Positions 27,273-40,410 of a DNA stretch of 64,000 nucleotides are shown in pieces. Below the pieces are notes generated by a model. The model was not told the origin of the DNA. It saw only the letters and a program-made list of their open reading frames with translations, and searched no databases. Source of the stretch: Escherichia coli. Lineage in GTDB: Bacteria > Pseudomonadota > Gammaproteobacteria > Enterobacterales > Enterobacteriaceae. The position numbers and the translations under genes are program-made. The stretch lies in NCBI RefSeq assembly GCF_030384885.1, contig NZ_CP128613.1. One strand, written 5' to 3'. Each line of letters starts with the position of its first letter. Within the stretch, counting starts at the first letter, position 1.

Positions 27273-29350
27273 GTCAGCTTGATGACACCCTCCTTGATGC
27301 GCTGACGCATGTCACTTTCCCGAAGGGTTTTGCACAGGCAGAACCCGCATGGGTTGTCACGGTAGACGGTGTTGATTACCCACTCTGGCAAACAGATGCC
27401 CTGGTAGTCGGCAGTGGTGCAGCCGGGCTGCGTGCAGCTGTGGAACTTAAACGCCGCCAGCAAAATGTGTTGATCGCCACTGCCGGGTTATATATGGGGA
27501 CGTCGGCATGTTCTGGTTCCGATAAACAGACACTGTTTACCGCCGCTACCGCGGGCAATGGCGACAACTTCACCAAACTGGCAGAGGCACTGGCGAGCGG
27601 TGGAGCGATGGATCACGACACCGCTTATGTCGAAGCGGTAGGTTCTCTGCACACTCTTGGCGGGTTGCAATATCTTGGTCTGGAATTACCGGAAGATCGC
27701 TATGGCGCGATTCTTCGTTATCAAACCGACCATGACGAAGCCGGGCGTGCAACCTCGTGTGGGCCGCGTACCTCAAGGTTAATGGTGAAAGTGCTGTTGG
27801 AAGAAGTGCAGCGCCTCGCCATTCCAGTGTTGACCAGTGCAACAGTGATTAAACTGCTGCATCAGCGTGACGAAAACGGCGAAGACTGCGTGGCGGGGGC
27901 AATCCTCGCGACCGGTCATCGCGCCCATAACCCATGGGGGCTGGCAATTGTGACTGCGCCCAATGTGGTGCTGGCAACAGGAGGGCCTGGCGAGCTTTAT
28001 CGAGACAGTGTGTACCCACATAAATGCTTCGGCTCGCTGGGGCTGGCGCTGGAAGAAGGTCTGACGCTAACCAATCTGACCGAAAGCCAGTTTGGTATTG
28101 GCACGCCACGCAACACCTTTCCGTGGAATTTGTCCGGCACCTATGTACAGGTGATCCCATATATCTATTCCGTAGATGCTGAGGGCAACGAGTATAACTT
28201 CCTCACGGATTACTATCGAACTACCCAGGAACTGGCTTCAAACATCTTCCGTAAAGGCTATCAGTGGCCGTTTCACGCCACACGAGTGATGGATTTTGGC
28301 TCCAGCTTGTTAGATATGGCAGTAGCGCAAGAGCAGCAATCAGGGCGTCAGGTATTTATGGATTTCAATCGCAATCCTGAACCTGTGCCGGGTGACATGC
28401 CGTTCTCATTAGATCGACTGGACGACGACGTTCGCGCGTATCTGGAAAATAACGACGCTCTGGCACCATCGCCCATCGAACGACTGCAACGAATGAATCC
28501 GCTGTCTATCTCGCTGTATAAGATGCACGGTTACGATCTCACCACGCAGCCATTGCAGTTTGCCATGAATAATCAGCATATGAATGGCGGCATTGAAGTG
28601 GATATCTGGGGGCAAACCTCCCTGCCCGGCTGTTTCGCCGTGGGGGAAGTTGCTGGCACACACGGCGTTACCCGACCTGGCGGTGCGGCGCTGAATGCCG
28701 GACAGGTATTTGCCGTGCGACTGGCACGTTTTATTGGTTGCACACAAAAGCGGTCCGTTGAGGATGATATCGCGCAGCTGGTAGCCTCACCTCTGCATAC
28801 AATCAGAGAAGTTATCGCTCAGGCACTGGCAAACGAGAACGGAATGACGCTGGCAACGGTGAAAGAAAAAATCCAGGCGCGAATGTCTGATTACGCGGGA
28901 TTTATTTGCCATGCTGATAAAGTTCGTCACGCCGCCCGTGACGCCATGCTGTTAAATGAATTTGCGCAGCAACATGGTCTAACTATCAACCACGCCGGTG
29001 AAATTGCCGAGCTATTTATGTGGCGGCATATGGCATTAACATCCGCTGCGGTGTTAAGCCAGCTATCACATTATATTGATGCTGGCGGTGGTAGTCGTGG
29101 AGCACGGATGATTATTGATCCACAAGGAGAATATCTTCCACAAACTCGTCGCGGCGCAATCGAAGATTGGCGTTTTCGCTCTGAACAAGCTGAAGATAAA
29201 AATCACAGACTAACTCTCTCCTTTTCACAAGGTTTATTTATTAATGAAATTAAGTTCTTGAGAAACTTACCGCATATTAAAGGTATTTACTTTGAGAAGA
29301 ATTGGCCTGATTTTCTTAACGGAACAATTTATCAGACACGGCATGAATAA
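27269..29350 (+). CDS. FAD-dependent oxidoreductase (fumarate reductase/succinate dehydrogenase/L-aspartate oxidase-like flavoprotein)
   Basis: Dinucleotide-binding motif VVGSGAAGLRAA, HMNGG and GEVAGTHGVTRPGGAALN motifs of the FAD_binding_2 family; 693 aa with an AT-rich C-terminal tail. Confidence 0.75.
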   Translation: MSQLDDTLLDALTHVTFPKGFAQAEPAWVVTVDGVDYPLWQTDALVVGSGAAGLRAAVELKRRQQNVLIATAGLYMGTSACSGSDKQTLFTAATAGNGDNFTKLAEALASGGAMDHDTAYVEAVGSLHTLGGLQYLGLELPEDRYGAILRYQTDHDEAGRATSCGPRTSRLMVKVLLEEVQRLAIPVLTSATVIKLLHQRDENGEDCVAGAILATGHRAHNPWGLAIVTAPNVVLATGGPGELYRDSVYPHKCFGSLGLALEEGLTLTNLTESQFGIGTPRNTFPWNLSGTYVQVIPYIYSVDAEGNEYNFLTDYYRTTQELASNIFRKGYQWPFHATRVMDFGSSLLDMAVAQEQQSGRQVFMDFNRNPEPVPGDMPFSLDRLDDDVRAYLENNDALAPSPIERLQRMNPLSISLYKMHGYDLTTQPLQFAMNNQHMNGGIEVDIWGQTSLPGCFAVGEVAGTHGVTRPGGAALNAGQVFAVRLARFIGCTQKRSVEDDIAQLVASPLHTIREVIAQALANENGMTLATVKEKIQARMSDYAGFICHADKVRHAARDAMLLNEFAQQHGLTINHAGEIAELFMWRHMALTSAAVLSQLSHYIDAGGGSRGARMIIDPQGEYLPQTRRGAIEDWRFRSEQAEDKNHRLTLSFSQGLFINEIKFLRNLPHIKGIYFEKNWPDFLNGTIYQTRHE

Positions 29351-29370
29351 TATTGCAAAGGTTAATCACT

Positions 29371-29847
29371 ATGCGAAATATAATCAGATCTATTAATTCA
29401 TTGCTTTCCACGTTGAACATTACCATTTTGGCAATTATTGTGATGTGCGTTACATGGCAAGTAGTAGCACGATTTATCTTTAAAAGCCCCAGCATTTTTA
29501 CAGATGAACTTAGTCGTTTACTATTTATTTGTCTTGGACTTTTTGGTGGTGCTTATACTGCCGGACAAAACCGACATCTGGCCATTGATCTTCTGCCAAT
29601 GATGCTAAAAGGAAAATCCCGACGTTATTTATTCTTATGTATTCAGGCCATTGTTATTCTTTTTGCCTCTATCATTATGGTTTATGGTGGCGGGTTATTA
29701 ACACTGGACACATTTGATTCAGGGCAAACTTCTCCGGCTTTAGGCTGGCAGATGGGATATATTTACATGAGCATTCCAATAAGTGGCATCCTTATTATTA
29801 TATACACCATAGATACAGTTTTAACCGAACTTAAACAACCACTCTAA
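29371..29847 (+). CDS. TRAP transporter small permease (DctQ-like)
   Basis: About 158 aa with 4 predicted TM helices; ATG at 29371 with upstream aaagg preferred over the TTG at 29353; directly upstream of DctM. Confidence 0.75.
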   Translation: MRNIIRSINSLLSTLNITILAIIVMCVTWQVVARFIFKSPSIFTDELSRLLFICLGLFGGAYTAGQNRHLAIDLLPMMLKGKSRRYLFLCIQAIVILFASIIMVYGGGLLTLDTFDSGQTSPALGWQMGYIYMSIPISGILIIIYTIDTVLTELKQPL

Positions 29848-29869
29848 AATAAGTAGGGATGGAGAAAAC

Positions 29870-31171
29870 ATGGATTACTGGTTACCGATCATTGTGTTAT
29901 TTGGTTCTTTCTTTTTTATGTTGGCATTAGGTGTTCCTATTGTCTATGCTATTGGTTTATCAACACTGGCATCAATTACTACACAACTCGATTTCAACTC
30001 AGCATTGAGTGTGGTTTCACAAAAGTTAGCCTCCGGGTTAGATAGTTTTACGTTGTTGGCAATCCCATTTTTTATCTTGTCTGGCAACATTATGAATCAT
30101 GGAGGAATAGCGCGACGATTAATCAACTTTGCCCGTATTCTCGGCGGTCGTCTGCCAGGCTCACTTGCTCACTGTAATATTCTTGCCAATATGCTGTTCG
30201 GGGCAATTTCTGGTTCAGCTGTTGCTTCGGCGGCTGCGATGGGCGGCGTCATGCATCCACAGCAGGTTAAAGAGGGTTACGACCCGGCATTCAGTACCGC
30301 TGTTAACGTTGCCTCTGCACCGACAGGTTTACTTATTCCACCCAGTAATACGTTAATTGTCTTTTCACTGGTCAGTGGTGGTACTTCTATTGCCGCACTG
30401 TTCCTGGCAGGATATGTCCCGGGAATTTTATTGGGCCTGGCGCTGATGACTGTGGCTGGTATTATCGCGGTACGCCGGGGTTATCCAAAACCAGAACGTC
30501 CGACTTTGCGCCAGGCTGGAGTGGCAATATGGATGGCGATCCCCAGTATTTTCCTGATTGTATTAATTATGGGTGGTGTACTAAGCGGTATTTTTACCCC
30601 GACAGAAGCATCTGCAATTGCGGTAATTTATACCCTTTTCCTTGCACTGGTTCTTTATCGTGAAATATCAGTTAAAGATTTACCTAAGATATTTCTGGAG
30701 TCCGTCATTACCACTGCAATTGTCTTGTTGTTAATTGGTTCTTCAATGGGAATGTCATGGGCAATGTCAAACGCTGACGTTCCCTTCCTGATTCTCGATT
30801 TGCTTAACACTATTTCTGATAATCCAATAATAATCCTGCTTATTATCAATATTATTCTGTTGATTATCGGCACATTTATGGATATGACACCGGCAGTACT
30901 GATTTTTACGCCGATATTTTTACCCGTTGTCACCGAACTGGGCATGGACCCGATTCACTTTGGTATTGTCATGGTACTGAACATGTGTATCGGTATTTGT
31001 ACTCCGCCTGTAGGCAGTGTGTTATTTGTCGGTTGTAGTGTATCTAAATTACCGATTAATAAAATTATCAAACCTATGCTGCCCTTCTATGCCGTGATGG
31101 TATTGGTGCTGGCTATGGTGACCTATATTCCGCAAATCAGTATGGCATTGCCAAGAGCACTGGGCTACTGA
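29870..31171 (+). CDS. TRAP transporter large permease (DctM-like)
   Basis: 433-aa polytopic membrane protein; size and hydrophobicity pattern typical of DctM. Confidence 0.85.
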   Translation: MDYWLPIIVLFGSFFFMLALGVPIVYAIGLSTLASITTQLDFNSALSVVSQKLASGLDSFTLLAIPFFILSGNIMNHGGIARRLINFARILGGRLPGSLAHCNILANMLFGAISGSAVASAAAMGGVMHPQQVKEGYDPAFSTAVNVASAPTGLLIPPSNTLIVFSLVSGGTSIAALFLAGYVPGILLGLALMTVAGIIAVRRGYPKPERPTLRQAGVAIWMAIPSIFLIVLIMGGVLSGIFTPTEASAIAVIYTLFLALVLYREISVKDLPKIFLESVITTAIVLLLIGSSMGMSWAMSNADVPFLILDLLNTISDNPIIILLIINIILLIIGTFMDMTPAVLIFTPIFLPVVTELGMDPIHFGIVMVLNMCIGICTPPVGSVLFVGCSVSKLPINKIIKPMLPFYAVMVLVLAMVTYIPQISMALPRALGY

Positions 31172-31223
31172 TGCGCATTCACTGGCGGCTCCTGCCGCCA
31201 TATTTATTAGAAAAGGAACATCT

Positions 31224-32195
31224 ATGAAAATAAAAGTATCCGCTGGCATTATCGGTGCTGTTCTTATGTTATCTGCAGGCCAGTCCTGGGCAGTAACATT
31301 AAAACTTAGCCATAATCAGGATAAATCTCATCCTGTTCATAAAGCGATGGAGTTCTTTGCGAAAAAGAGCAAAGAGTACTCTAACGGTGATATTACTATT
31401 CGTATTTATCCAAATGGAACATTGGGTACTCAACGAGAAACAATGGAGCTGATTCGTTCTGGTGCTATTCCGCTGGTAAAAACCAATGCGGCGGAGATGG
31501 AAGCCTTCGAGAGTTCGTATAAAATATTTAGCCTGCCTTATTTGTTCCGCGATCGTGATCATTATTATCAGGTCATGCAAGGCGATATCGGAAGGAAAAT
31601 CCTCGACTCAACGAAAAACAAAGGTTATTTCGGTCTGACTTTCTATGATGGAGGCGCCCGCAGCTTCTACGGCAATAAACCGGTGCTGAAACCAGACGAT
31701 CTCAAAGGAATGAAAGTTCGTGTCCAGCCAAGCCCAGGGGCAGTTGAGATGATCAAAGTCATGGGAGGTAACCCAACACCGCTGGATTATGGAGAGTTGT
31801 ACACAGCATTGCAGCAAGGTGTGGTTGATATGGCGGAAAACAGTGTGATGGCGCTGACCACCATGCGCCACGGTGAAGTAGCAAAATCCTTCAGCCTTGA
31901 CGAACACACTATGGTTCCTGATGTGGTTCTAATGAGCAATGCTTCGTTTGATAAGCTTAGCCCGGAAAATCAGGCAGCTATATTAAAAGCAGCTAAAGAA
32001 TCAATGAGCTACATGAAAGACTTGTGGAGCGAGGAAGAGAAAAAAGAATTCGCTAAACTGGATCAAATGGGCGTGAAAGTCTACAAGGTTGATAAAGCAC
32101 CGTTTATCGAGAAAGTGCAGCCGATGTACGCAGCCTTTGCTAAGGAAAACCCTGCTCTCGCCCCAATGCTAACTGATATTCAGGCGACTAAGTAA
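31224..32195 (+). CDS. TRAP transporter substrate-binding protein (DctP-like), periplasmic
   Basis: 323 aa, signal peptide MKIKVSAGIIGAVLMLSAGQSWA; DctP-size soluble protein adjacent to DctQM. Confidence 0.8.
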   Translation: MKIKVSAGIIGAVLMLSAGQSWAVTLKLSHNQDKSHPVHKAMEFFAKKSKEYSNGDITIRIYPNGTLGTQRETMELIRSGAIPLVKTNAAEMEAFESSYKIFSLPYLFRDRDHYYQVMQGDIGRKILDSTKNKGYFGLTFYDGGARSFYGNKPVLKPDDLKGMKVRVQPSPGAVEMIKVMGGNPTPLDYGELYTALQQGVVDMAENSVMALTTMRHGEVAKSFSLDEHTMVPDVVLMSNASFDKLSPENQAAILKAAKESMSYMKDLWSEEEKKEFAKLDQMGVKVYKVDKAPFIEKVQPMYAAFAKENPALAPMLTDIQATK

Positions 32196-32252
32196 TTATC
32201 TTAATAGGGCTGCTTATTGTGGCCCTTAGCAATATCTACAAGCGCTCGCTAT

Positions 32253-32288
32253 AAAAGCAAAACGCCGACCAATGGTCGGCGTTTTTAC
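32253..32288. terminator. Bidirectional intrinsic terminator between TRAP operon and rplI
   Basis: aaaagcaaa-acgccgacc-aatg-gtcggcgt-ttttacg: hairpin flanked by A-run and T-run. Confidence 0.75.
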
Positions 32289-32306
32289 GTCTCGTTGAAT
32301 AACGAA

Positions 32307-32768
<462 letters not shown>

Positions 32769-32797
32769 TCAAAGTCGTATTAATGGACCGTGACCGA

Positions 32798-33344
<547 letters not shown>

Positions 33345-33350
33345 CAGAAA

Positions 33351-33764
<414 letters not shown>

Positions 33765-34073
33765 TTATTCAGCCTCCTGTCTGGGTCAGCCGAATCCCGG
33801 GGAGGCAAGGAACGTGTTAAAGGTCGGCTGAAAAATGACGCGTTATAGTACTGACATACCCCGCTAAACTCAAGGCCAGCCGACAAATAAATCTCATCTT
33901 TCACCAAATCGTACTAACACGCTGATTTGAAGTTCATCACACTTCATCATGGTGTTTTTTTGAACAACTGCATCAGAAATGGTCACCATCCACTTCTTTA
34001 TCATTGATTAAAATTAAATCAGAAGATCACCACAAGAGGAGAGCACACAAAGTCAGCCGTCGAGGAGGTATCT

Positions 34074-34349
34074 ATGTTCAGCCGTGTTTTAGCCCTTCTG
34101 GCTGTGCTTTTGCTAAGTGCAAATACATGGGCAGCCATTGAAATTAATAACCACCAGGCCAGAAATATGGACGATGTGCAAAGCTTAGGCGTGATTTATA
34201 TCAATCATAATTTCGCCACTGAAAGTGAAGCACGTCAGGCATTAAATGAAGAGACAGATGCGCAGGGCGCAACGTACTACCATGTGATTCTGATGCGGGA
34301 ACCGGGGAGTAACGGCAATATGCACGCCAGCGCGGATATTTATCGCTAG
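34074..34349 (+). CDS. yjfY: DUF1471 (YhcN/BhsA family) periplasmic protein YjfY
   Basis: 91 aa, signal peptide, C-terminal ...ADIYR motif shared with bsmA and yjfN. Confidence 0.88.
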   Translation: MFSRVLALLAVLLLSANTWAAIEINNHQARNMDDVQSLGVIYINHNFATESEARQALNEETDAQGATYYHVILMREPGSNGNMHASADIYR

Positions 34350-34388
34350 CACCAGGTATAACCAACGAAACATTGCCATAGTTTGCTT

Positions 34389-34415
34389 TGCCCCCTTTTC
34401 AGGGGGCTTTTTTTG
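34389..34415 (+). terminator. Intrinsic terminator after yjfY
   Basis: gcccccttttcagggggc hairpin followed by ttttttt. Confidence 0.85.
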
Positions 34416-34477
34416 AAAAACGGCTGCGGACTTAGACCAGTTATCTCCCGAAGAAGGAAATCTCCGCAGCGCGTGTT

Positions 34478-35164
34478 TTACTTCTGCCCGTAATAGGCGT
34501 TGGGACCGTGCTTACGCATGAAGTGTTTATTCATGAGATAGCTGTCGATGTGATTCAGTTGCGGGTTAATGCCGCGGGCAATCCACGCCATTTTCGCCAC
34601 TTCTTCCATCACCACCGCGTTATGCACCGCATCGTGAGCATCTTTCCCCCAGGCGAATGGCCCGTGCTGATACACCACAATTCCCGGCGTATGCAGCGGC
34701 TCGGCGTCACCCAGCGTTTCGATAATCACTTTGCCAGTGTTTAGCTCGTATTCCCCCTGCACTTCTTCTTCGCTTAACCCGCGCGTACACGGGATATCGC
34801 CAAAGAAGTAGTCAGCGTGCGTGGTGCCTAATGCCGGGATCGCCAGCCCCGCCTGCGCCCATGCGGTGGCATGCGTGGAATGGGTATGGACAATGCCGCC
34901 AAGCGACGGATAACGACGGTAGAGTTCAAGATGCGTCGCAGTGTCGGAAGACGGACGATACTCCCCTTCCACCACCTTGCCACTCATATCAACCACCACC
35001 ATATCGTTCGCTTTCATGCTTTCGTAGGCAATGCCGCTGGGCTTGATCACCACCAGCCCGCGTTCGCGGTCAATGGCGCTGACGTTACCCCAGGTAAAGG
35101 TCACCAGCCCGTAGCGCGGCAGATCCATATTGGCTTCAAATACCTGCTGTTTTAGCTTTTGCAT
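34478..35164 (-). CDS. ulaF: L-ribulose-5-phosphate 4-epimerase UlaF
   Basis: 228-aa class II aldolase/epimerase fold; last gene of ulaABCDEF. Confidence 0.95.
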   Translation of the reverse strand: MQKLKQQVFEANMDLPRYGLVTFTWGNVSAIDRERGLVVIKPSGIAYESMKANDMVVVDMSGKVVEGEYRPSSDTATHLELYRRYPSLGGIVHTHSTHATAWAQAGLAIPALGTTHADYFFGDIPCTRGLSEEEVQGEYELNTGKVIIETLGDAEPLHTPGIVVYQHGPFAWGKDAHDAVHNAVVMEEVAKMAWIARGINPQLNHIDSYLMNKHFMRKHGPNAYYGQK

Positions 35165-36018
35165 TATGCCGCCTCCACCATGCCGGCTTTAGCCATGCGC
35201 GCTTTCACCCAATCACGCGCTTTCGCCACTTCTGCCGCCGGGTCTTCCGCCGTTTCGCTCCACATCTCAATCAGGTACGGCCCGCAATAACCACTCTGTT
35301 TGAGCGTTTCGAAGCAACGTTCGAAATCCACTACACCTTCGCCAAACGGCACGTTTTTGAAGACGCCTGGTTTAGTGTCTTTCACATGCACCGCAACGAT
35401 GTGCCCGATTCCGGCCTGCAACTCCATCTGCACGTCGTTGTCCCACGCCGACAAGTTGCCGATATCCGGGTAGAGCTGGAACCACGGGTTGTTAAGATAG
35501 TGCGCGTAACCCAGCGCCTTGCTGATGGAGTTCATCAACGGGTAATCCATGATCTCCATTGCCAGCGTCACCTGCGCGCGGCTCGCCATCTCAACGCTCT
35601 CTTTCAGGCCGTCACGGAAACGACGACGCGTTTCGTTATTGGCTTCCTGATAGTAAACGTCGTAGCCCGCCAGTTGGATCACGCGAATACCGACATCCTG
35701 GGCGAACTGGATAGCTTTGCGCATAATCTCCAGCCCCTGCGCCCGCACTGCGTCATCTTCGCTGCCCAGCGGGAAACGGCGATGAGCAGAAAGGCACATG
35801 GACGGCACGCGCACGCCGGTTTCAACAATCGCGTTCACCAGCGCCAGACGCTGCTCGCGGCTCCAGTCAAGGCGCGAGAGGCGATCGTCCGTTTCATCTA
35901 CCGACATCTCGACAAAATCGAAGCCTAACGTTTTTGCCAGTTGCAGCCGTTCCAGCCAGCACTCCCCGGTGGGGAGCGCTTTTTCGTAGATGCCAAGCGG
36001 GATTTGTTTGGACAACAT
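35164..36018 (-). CDS. ulaE: L-ribulose-5-phosphate 3-epimerase UlaE
   Basis: 284-aa TIM-barrel; synteny in ula operon. Confidence 0.95.
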   Translation of the reverse strand: MLSKQIPLGIYEKALPTGECWLERLQLAKTLGFDFVEMSVDETDDRLSRLDWSREQRLALVNAIVETGVRVPSMCLSAHRRFPLGSEDDAVRAQGLEIMRKAIQFAQDVGIRVIQLAGYDVYYQEANNETRRRFRDGLKESVEMASRAQVTLAMEIMDYPLMNSISKALGYAHYLNNPWFQLYPDIGNLSAWDNDVQMELQAGIGHIVAVHVKDTKPGVFKNVPFGEGVVDFERCFETLKQSGYCGPYLIEMWSETAEDPAAEVAKARDWVKARMAKAGMVEAA

Positions 36019-36027
36019 ATCCGCTCC

Positions 36028-36678
36028 TTAGCCCCACAGCTCGGCGATGGAACGTTTGAACTGACGCGCGGCTTCAACCGGAGAAGCGGCATCACGGATA
36101 CTACGCCCCGCGATAAACACATGAATCGGAATGCCTTTGAACAGCGGCAGGTCTTCCAGCGCCAGGCCACCGGTGACGGTGACTTTGAAGCCCATATCGG
36201 AAAGACGTTTGATCGCGGTGATATCCGCTTCGCCCCACGCCACGCCTGCGGCCTGCGCGTCACGGCTGCGGTGATAAACCACCTGCTGGATACCTGCGTC
36301 GCGCCACTGCTGCGCCTGTTCCCAGGTCCAGTAACCGGTCAGTTCGATCTGCACGTCGCCATTAAACTCTTTTGCCACGTCCAGCGCGCCTTTGGCGGTG
36401 TTGATATCTGCACAACAAATCACGGTCACCCAGTCAGCGTTGGCTTCAAAGCACATACGAGAAAGGATTTTGCCCGCATCGGCGATTTTGGCGTCTGCCA
36501 GCACGATTTTGTGCGGATAAAGCGCTTTCAGATCGCGAACCGCACGCACACCTTCGCCCACGCACAGAATGGTGCCCACTTCGATAATGTCGACTTCTTC
36601 GGCAATCAGGCGAGTAGTTTCGTAGGCGCTAGCCATAGTCTGGTTGTCCAGCGCGACTTGCAACATCGGTAATGACAT
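36028..36678 (-). CDS. ulaD: 3-keto-L-gulonate-6-phosphate decarboxylase UlaD
   Basis: Start set at [11 protein letters not shown] (216 aa); the ORF-track 267-aa version over-extends into ulaC. Confidence 0.95.
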   Translation of the reverse strand: MSLPMLQVALDNQTMASAYETTRLIAEEVDIIEVGTILCVGEGVRAVRDLKALYPHKIVLADAKIADAGKILSRMCFEANADWVTVICCADINTAKGALDVAKEFNGDVQIELTGYWTWEQAQQWRDAGIQQVVYHRSRDAQAAGVAWGEADITAIKRLSDMGFKVTVTGGLALEDLPLFKGIPIHVFIAGRSIRDAASPVEAARQFKRSIAELWG

Positions 36679-36691
36679 TTTCAATTCCTTC

Positions 36692-37156
36692 TTAAGCAGC
36701 CGCGTTGGTGCGGTCAATGAGATCCAGGACTTCCTGCTCAGTACGGCAGGCGCGTAAACGGTCGAAATTCTCTTCATCTTCAAACAGGTTGACGATCTGC
36801 ATGATGCCCACTTCCTGATGCGTGTTGGCATCGACCGCCGCCATCGTGATGAGGATATCCACCGGGTCGTTATCTTCGTGGTTGAACTCCAGCGGCTTTT
36901 TCAGCGTCACCAGTGCAAAACCGGTTTTCTTAACGCCCTCTTCCGGGCGACCATGCGGCATTGCCAGGCCCGGTGCGAGCACAAAGTACGGGCCGTGTTG
37001 TTCAACCGCATCCAGAATCGCCTGGTAGTAACGCGGCTCTACCACATCTGCCGCCACCAGCAGGTCAACGCCGATTTTCACTGCGTCCTGCCATGTCTCA
37101 ACTTCAGCCTGCAGACGGATAGATTTATTCTCCGCCAGCGAATCACGTAATTTCAT
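36692..37156 (-). CDS. ulaC: Ascorbate-specific PTS EIIA component UlaC
   Basis: 154-aa ORF; synteny. Confidence 0.95.
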   Translation of the reverse strand: MKLRDSLAENKSIRLQAEVETWQDAVKIGVDLLVAADVVEPRYYQAILDAVEQHGPYFVLAPGLAMPHGRPEEGVKKTGFALVTLKKPLEFNHEDNDPVDILITMAAVDANTHQEVGIMQIVNLFEDEENFDRLRACRTEQEVLDLIDRTNAAA

Positions 37157-37165
37157 AGCGCGCCC

Positions 37166-37471
37166 TTACTTCACGTCCTGCGGGAAATGTTCTTTGATCA
37201 CTTCCAGCAGTTTCGGGCCAAAATCGGCAGGAGAGAGCATGTTGCGCACGCCAACCACGTATTTATTGCCGGTCACGGTTATTTCGCCCGCGATGTGCGT
37301 AGAAGCGATGATGATATCCGCGCCGCTCAACTCGCTTTTGTATTCACCAACCGCGCAGCTGTTTACCGTGTGGTCGATGTTCGACTGGGTTAAAAACTGG
37401 TCCACTTTCATTTTCATGATCATGGAACTGCCTTGTCCGTTACCACACACAGCCAGAATACGTACGGTCAT
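37166..37471 (-). CDS. ulaB: Ascorbate-specific PTS EIIB component UlaB
   Basis: Start set at [16 protein letters not shown] (101 aa), with the Cys phosphorylation site. Confidence 0.95.
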
Positions 37472-37486
37472 AATCAAAACTCCTTA

Positions 37487-39238
<1,752 letters not shown>

Positions 39239-40303
39239 ATGAGTAAAGTGAAAAGTATCACCCGTGAATCCTGGATCCTGAGCACTTTCCCGGAGTGGGG
39301 TAGCTGGTTGAATGAAGAAATTGAACAAGAACAGGTAGCTCCTGGCACATTCGCGATGTGGTGGCTAGGCTGCACCGGGATCTGGCTGAAATCTGAAGGA
39401 GGCACCAACGTTTGCGTCGATTTCTGGTGTGGTACTGGCAAACAAAGTCACGGTAACCCACTAATGAAACAGGGTCACCAGATGCAGCGCATGGCTGGCG
39501 TGAAAAAACTGCAACCGAACCTGCGTACCACCCCATTTGTTCTTGATCCGTTTGCGATTCGCCAGATCGACGCGGTACTGGCAACTCACGATCACAACGA
39601 TCATATCGACGTCAACGTCGCTGCTGCCGTGATGCAGAACTGCGCTGATGACGTGCCATTTATCGGGCCGAAAACCTGCGTGGATTTGTGGATTGGCTGG
39701 GGTGTGCCGAAAGAACGTTGCATCGTGGTCAAACCGGGCGATGTCGTTAAAGTGAAAGACATTGAAATTCATGCCCTTGACGCGTTTGACCGTACTGCAC
39801 TGATCACTTTGCCTGCCGATCAAAAAGCGGCTGGCGTACTGCCAGACGGCATGGACGATCGCGCGGTAAACTACCTGTTCAAAACGCCGGGCGGTACCCT
39901 GTATCACAGTGGCGATTCCCACTACTCTAACTACTATGCGAAGCACGGTAACGAGCATCAGATCGACGTGGCATTAGGTTCATACGGTGAAAACCCACGT
40001 GGTATCACCGACAAAATGACCAGTGCTGATATCCTGCGTATGGCAGAAGCGCTGAATACAAAAGTGGTTATCCCGTTCCACCACGACATCTGGTCAAACT
40101 TCCAGGCCGATCCGCAAGAGATCCGCGTACTGTGGGAGATGAAAAAAGATCGCCTGAAGTATGGCTTCAAGCCGTTTATCTGGCAGGTCGGTGGCAAATT
40201 TACCTGGCCGCTGGATAAAGACAATTTCGAGTACCACTATCCACGTGGTTTTGACGATTGCTTCACCATTGAACCGGATCTGCCGTTCAAGTCGTTCCTG
40301 TAA
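39239..40303 (+). CDS. ulaG: L-ascorbate-6-phosphate lactonase UlaG (metallo-beta-lactamase fold)
   Basis: 354 aa from [12 protein letters not shown]; HDHNDH metal-binding motif. Confidence 0.95.
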   Translation: MSKVKSITRESWILSTFPEWGSWLNEEIEQEQVAPGTFAMWWLGCTGIWLKSEGGTNVCVDFWCGTGKQSHGNPLMKQGHQMQRMAGVKKLQPNLRTTPFVLDPFAIRQIDAVLATHDHNDHIDVNVAAAVMQNCADDVPFIGPKTCVDLWIGWGVPKERCIVVKPGDVVKVKDIEIHALDAFDRTALITLPADQKAAGVLPDGMDDRAVNYLFKTPGGTLYHSGDSHYSNYYAKHGNEHQIDVALGSYGENPRGITDKMTSADILRMAEALNTKVVIPFHHDIWSNFQADPQEIRVLWEMKKDRLKYGFKPFIWQVGGKFTWPLDKDNFEYHYPRGFDDCFTIEPDLPFKSFL

Positions 40304-40410
40304 TCTGTCGTTTATACCGGATGGCGTGGAGAAGTTCGCGCTATCCGGCGTAGTATTTCCTGGCTATTTCAAATATCATCTAAAAAAATCAAATTTTATC
40401 GGAATAGCTC

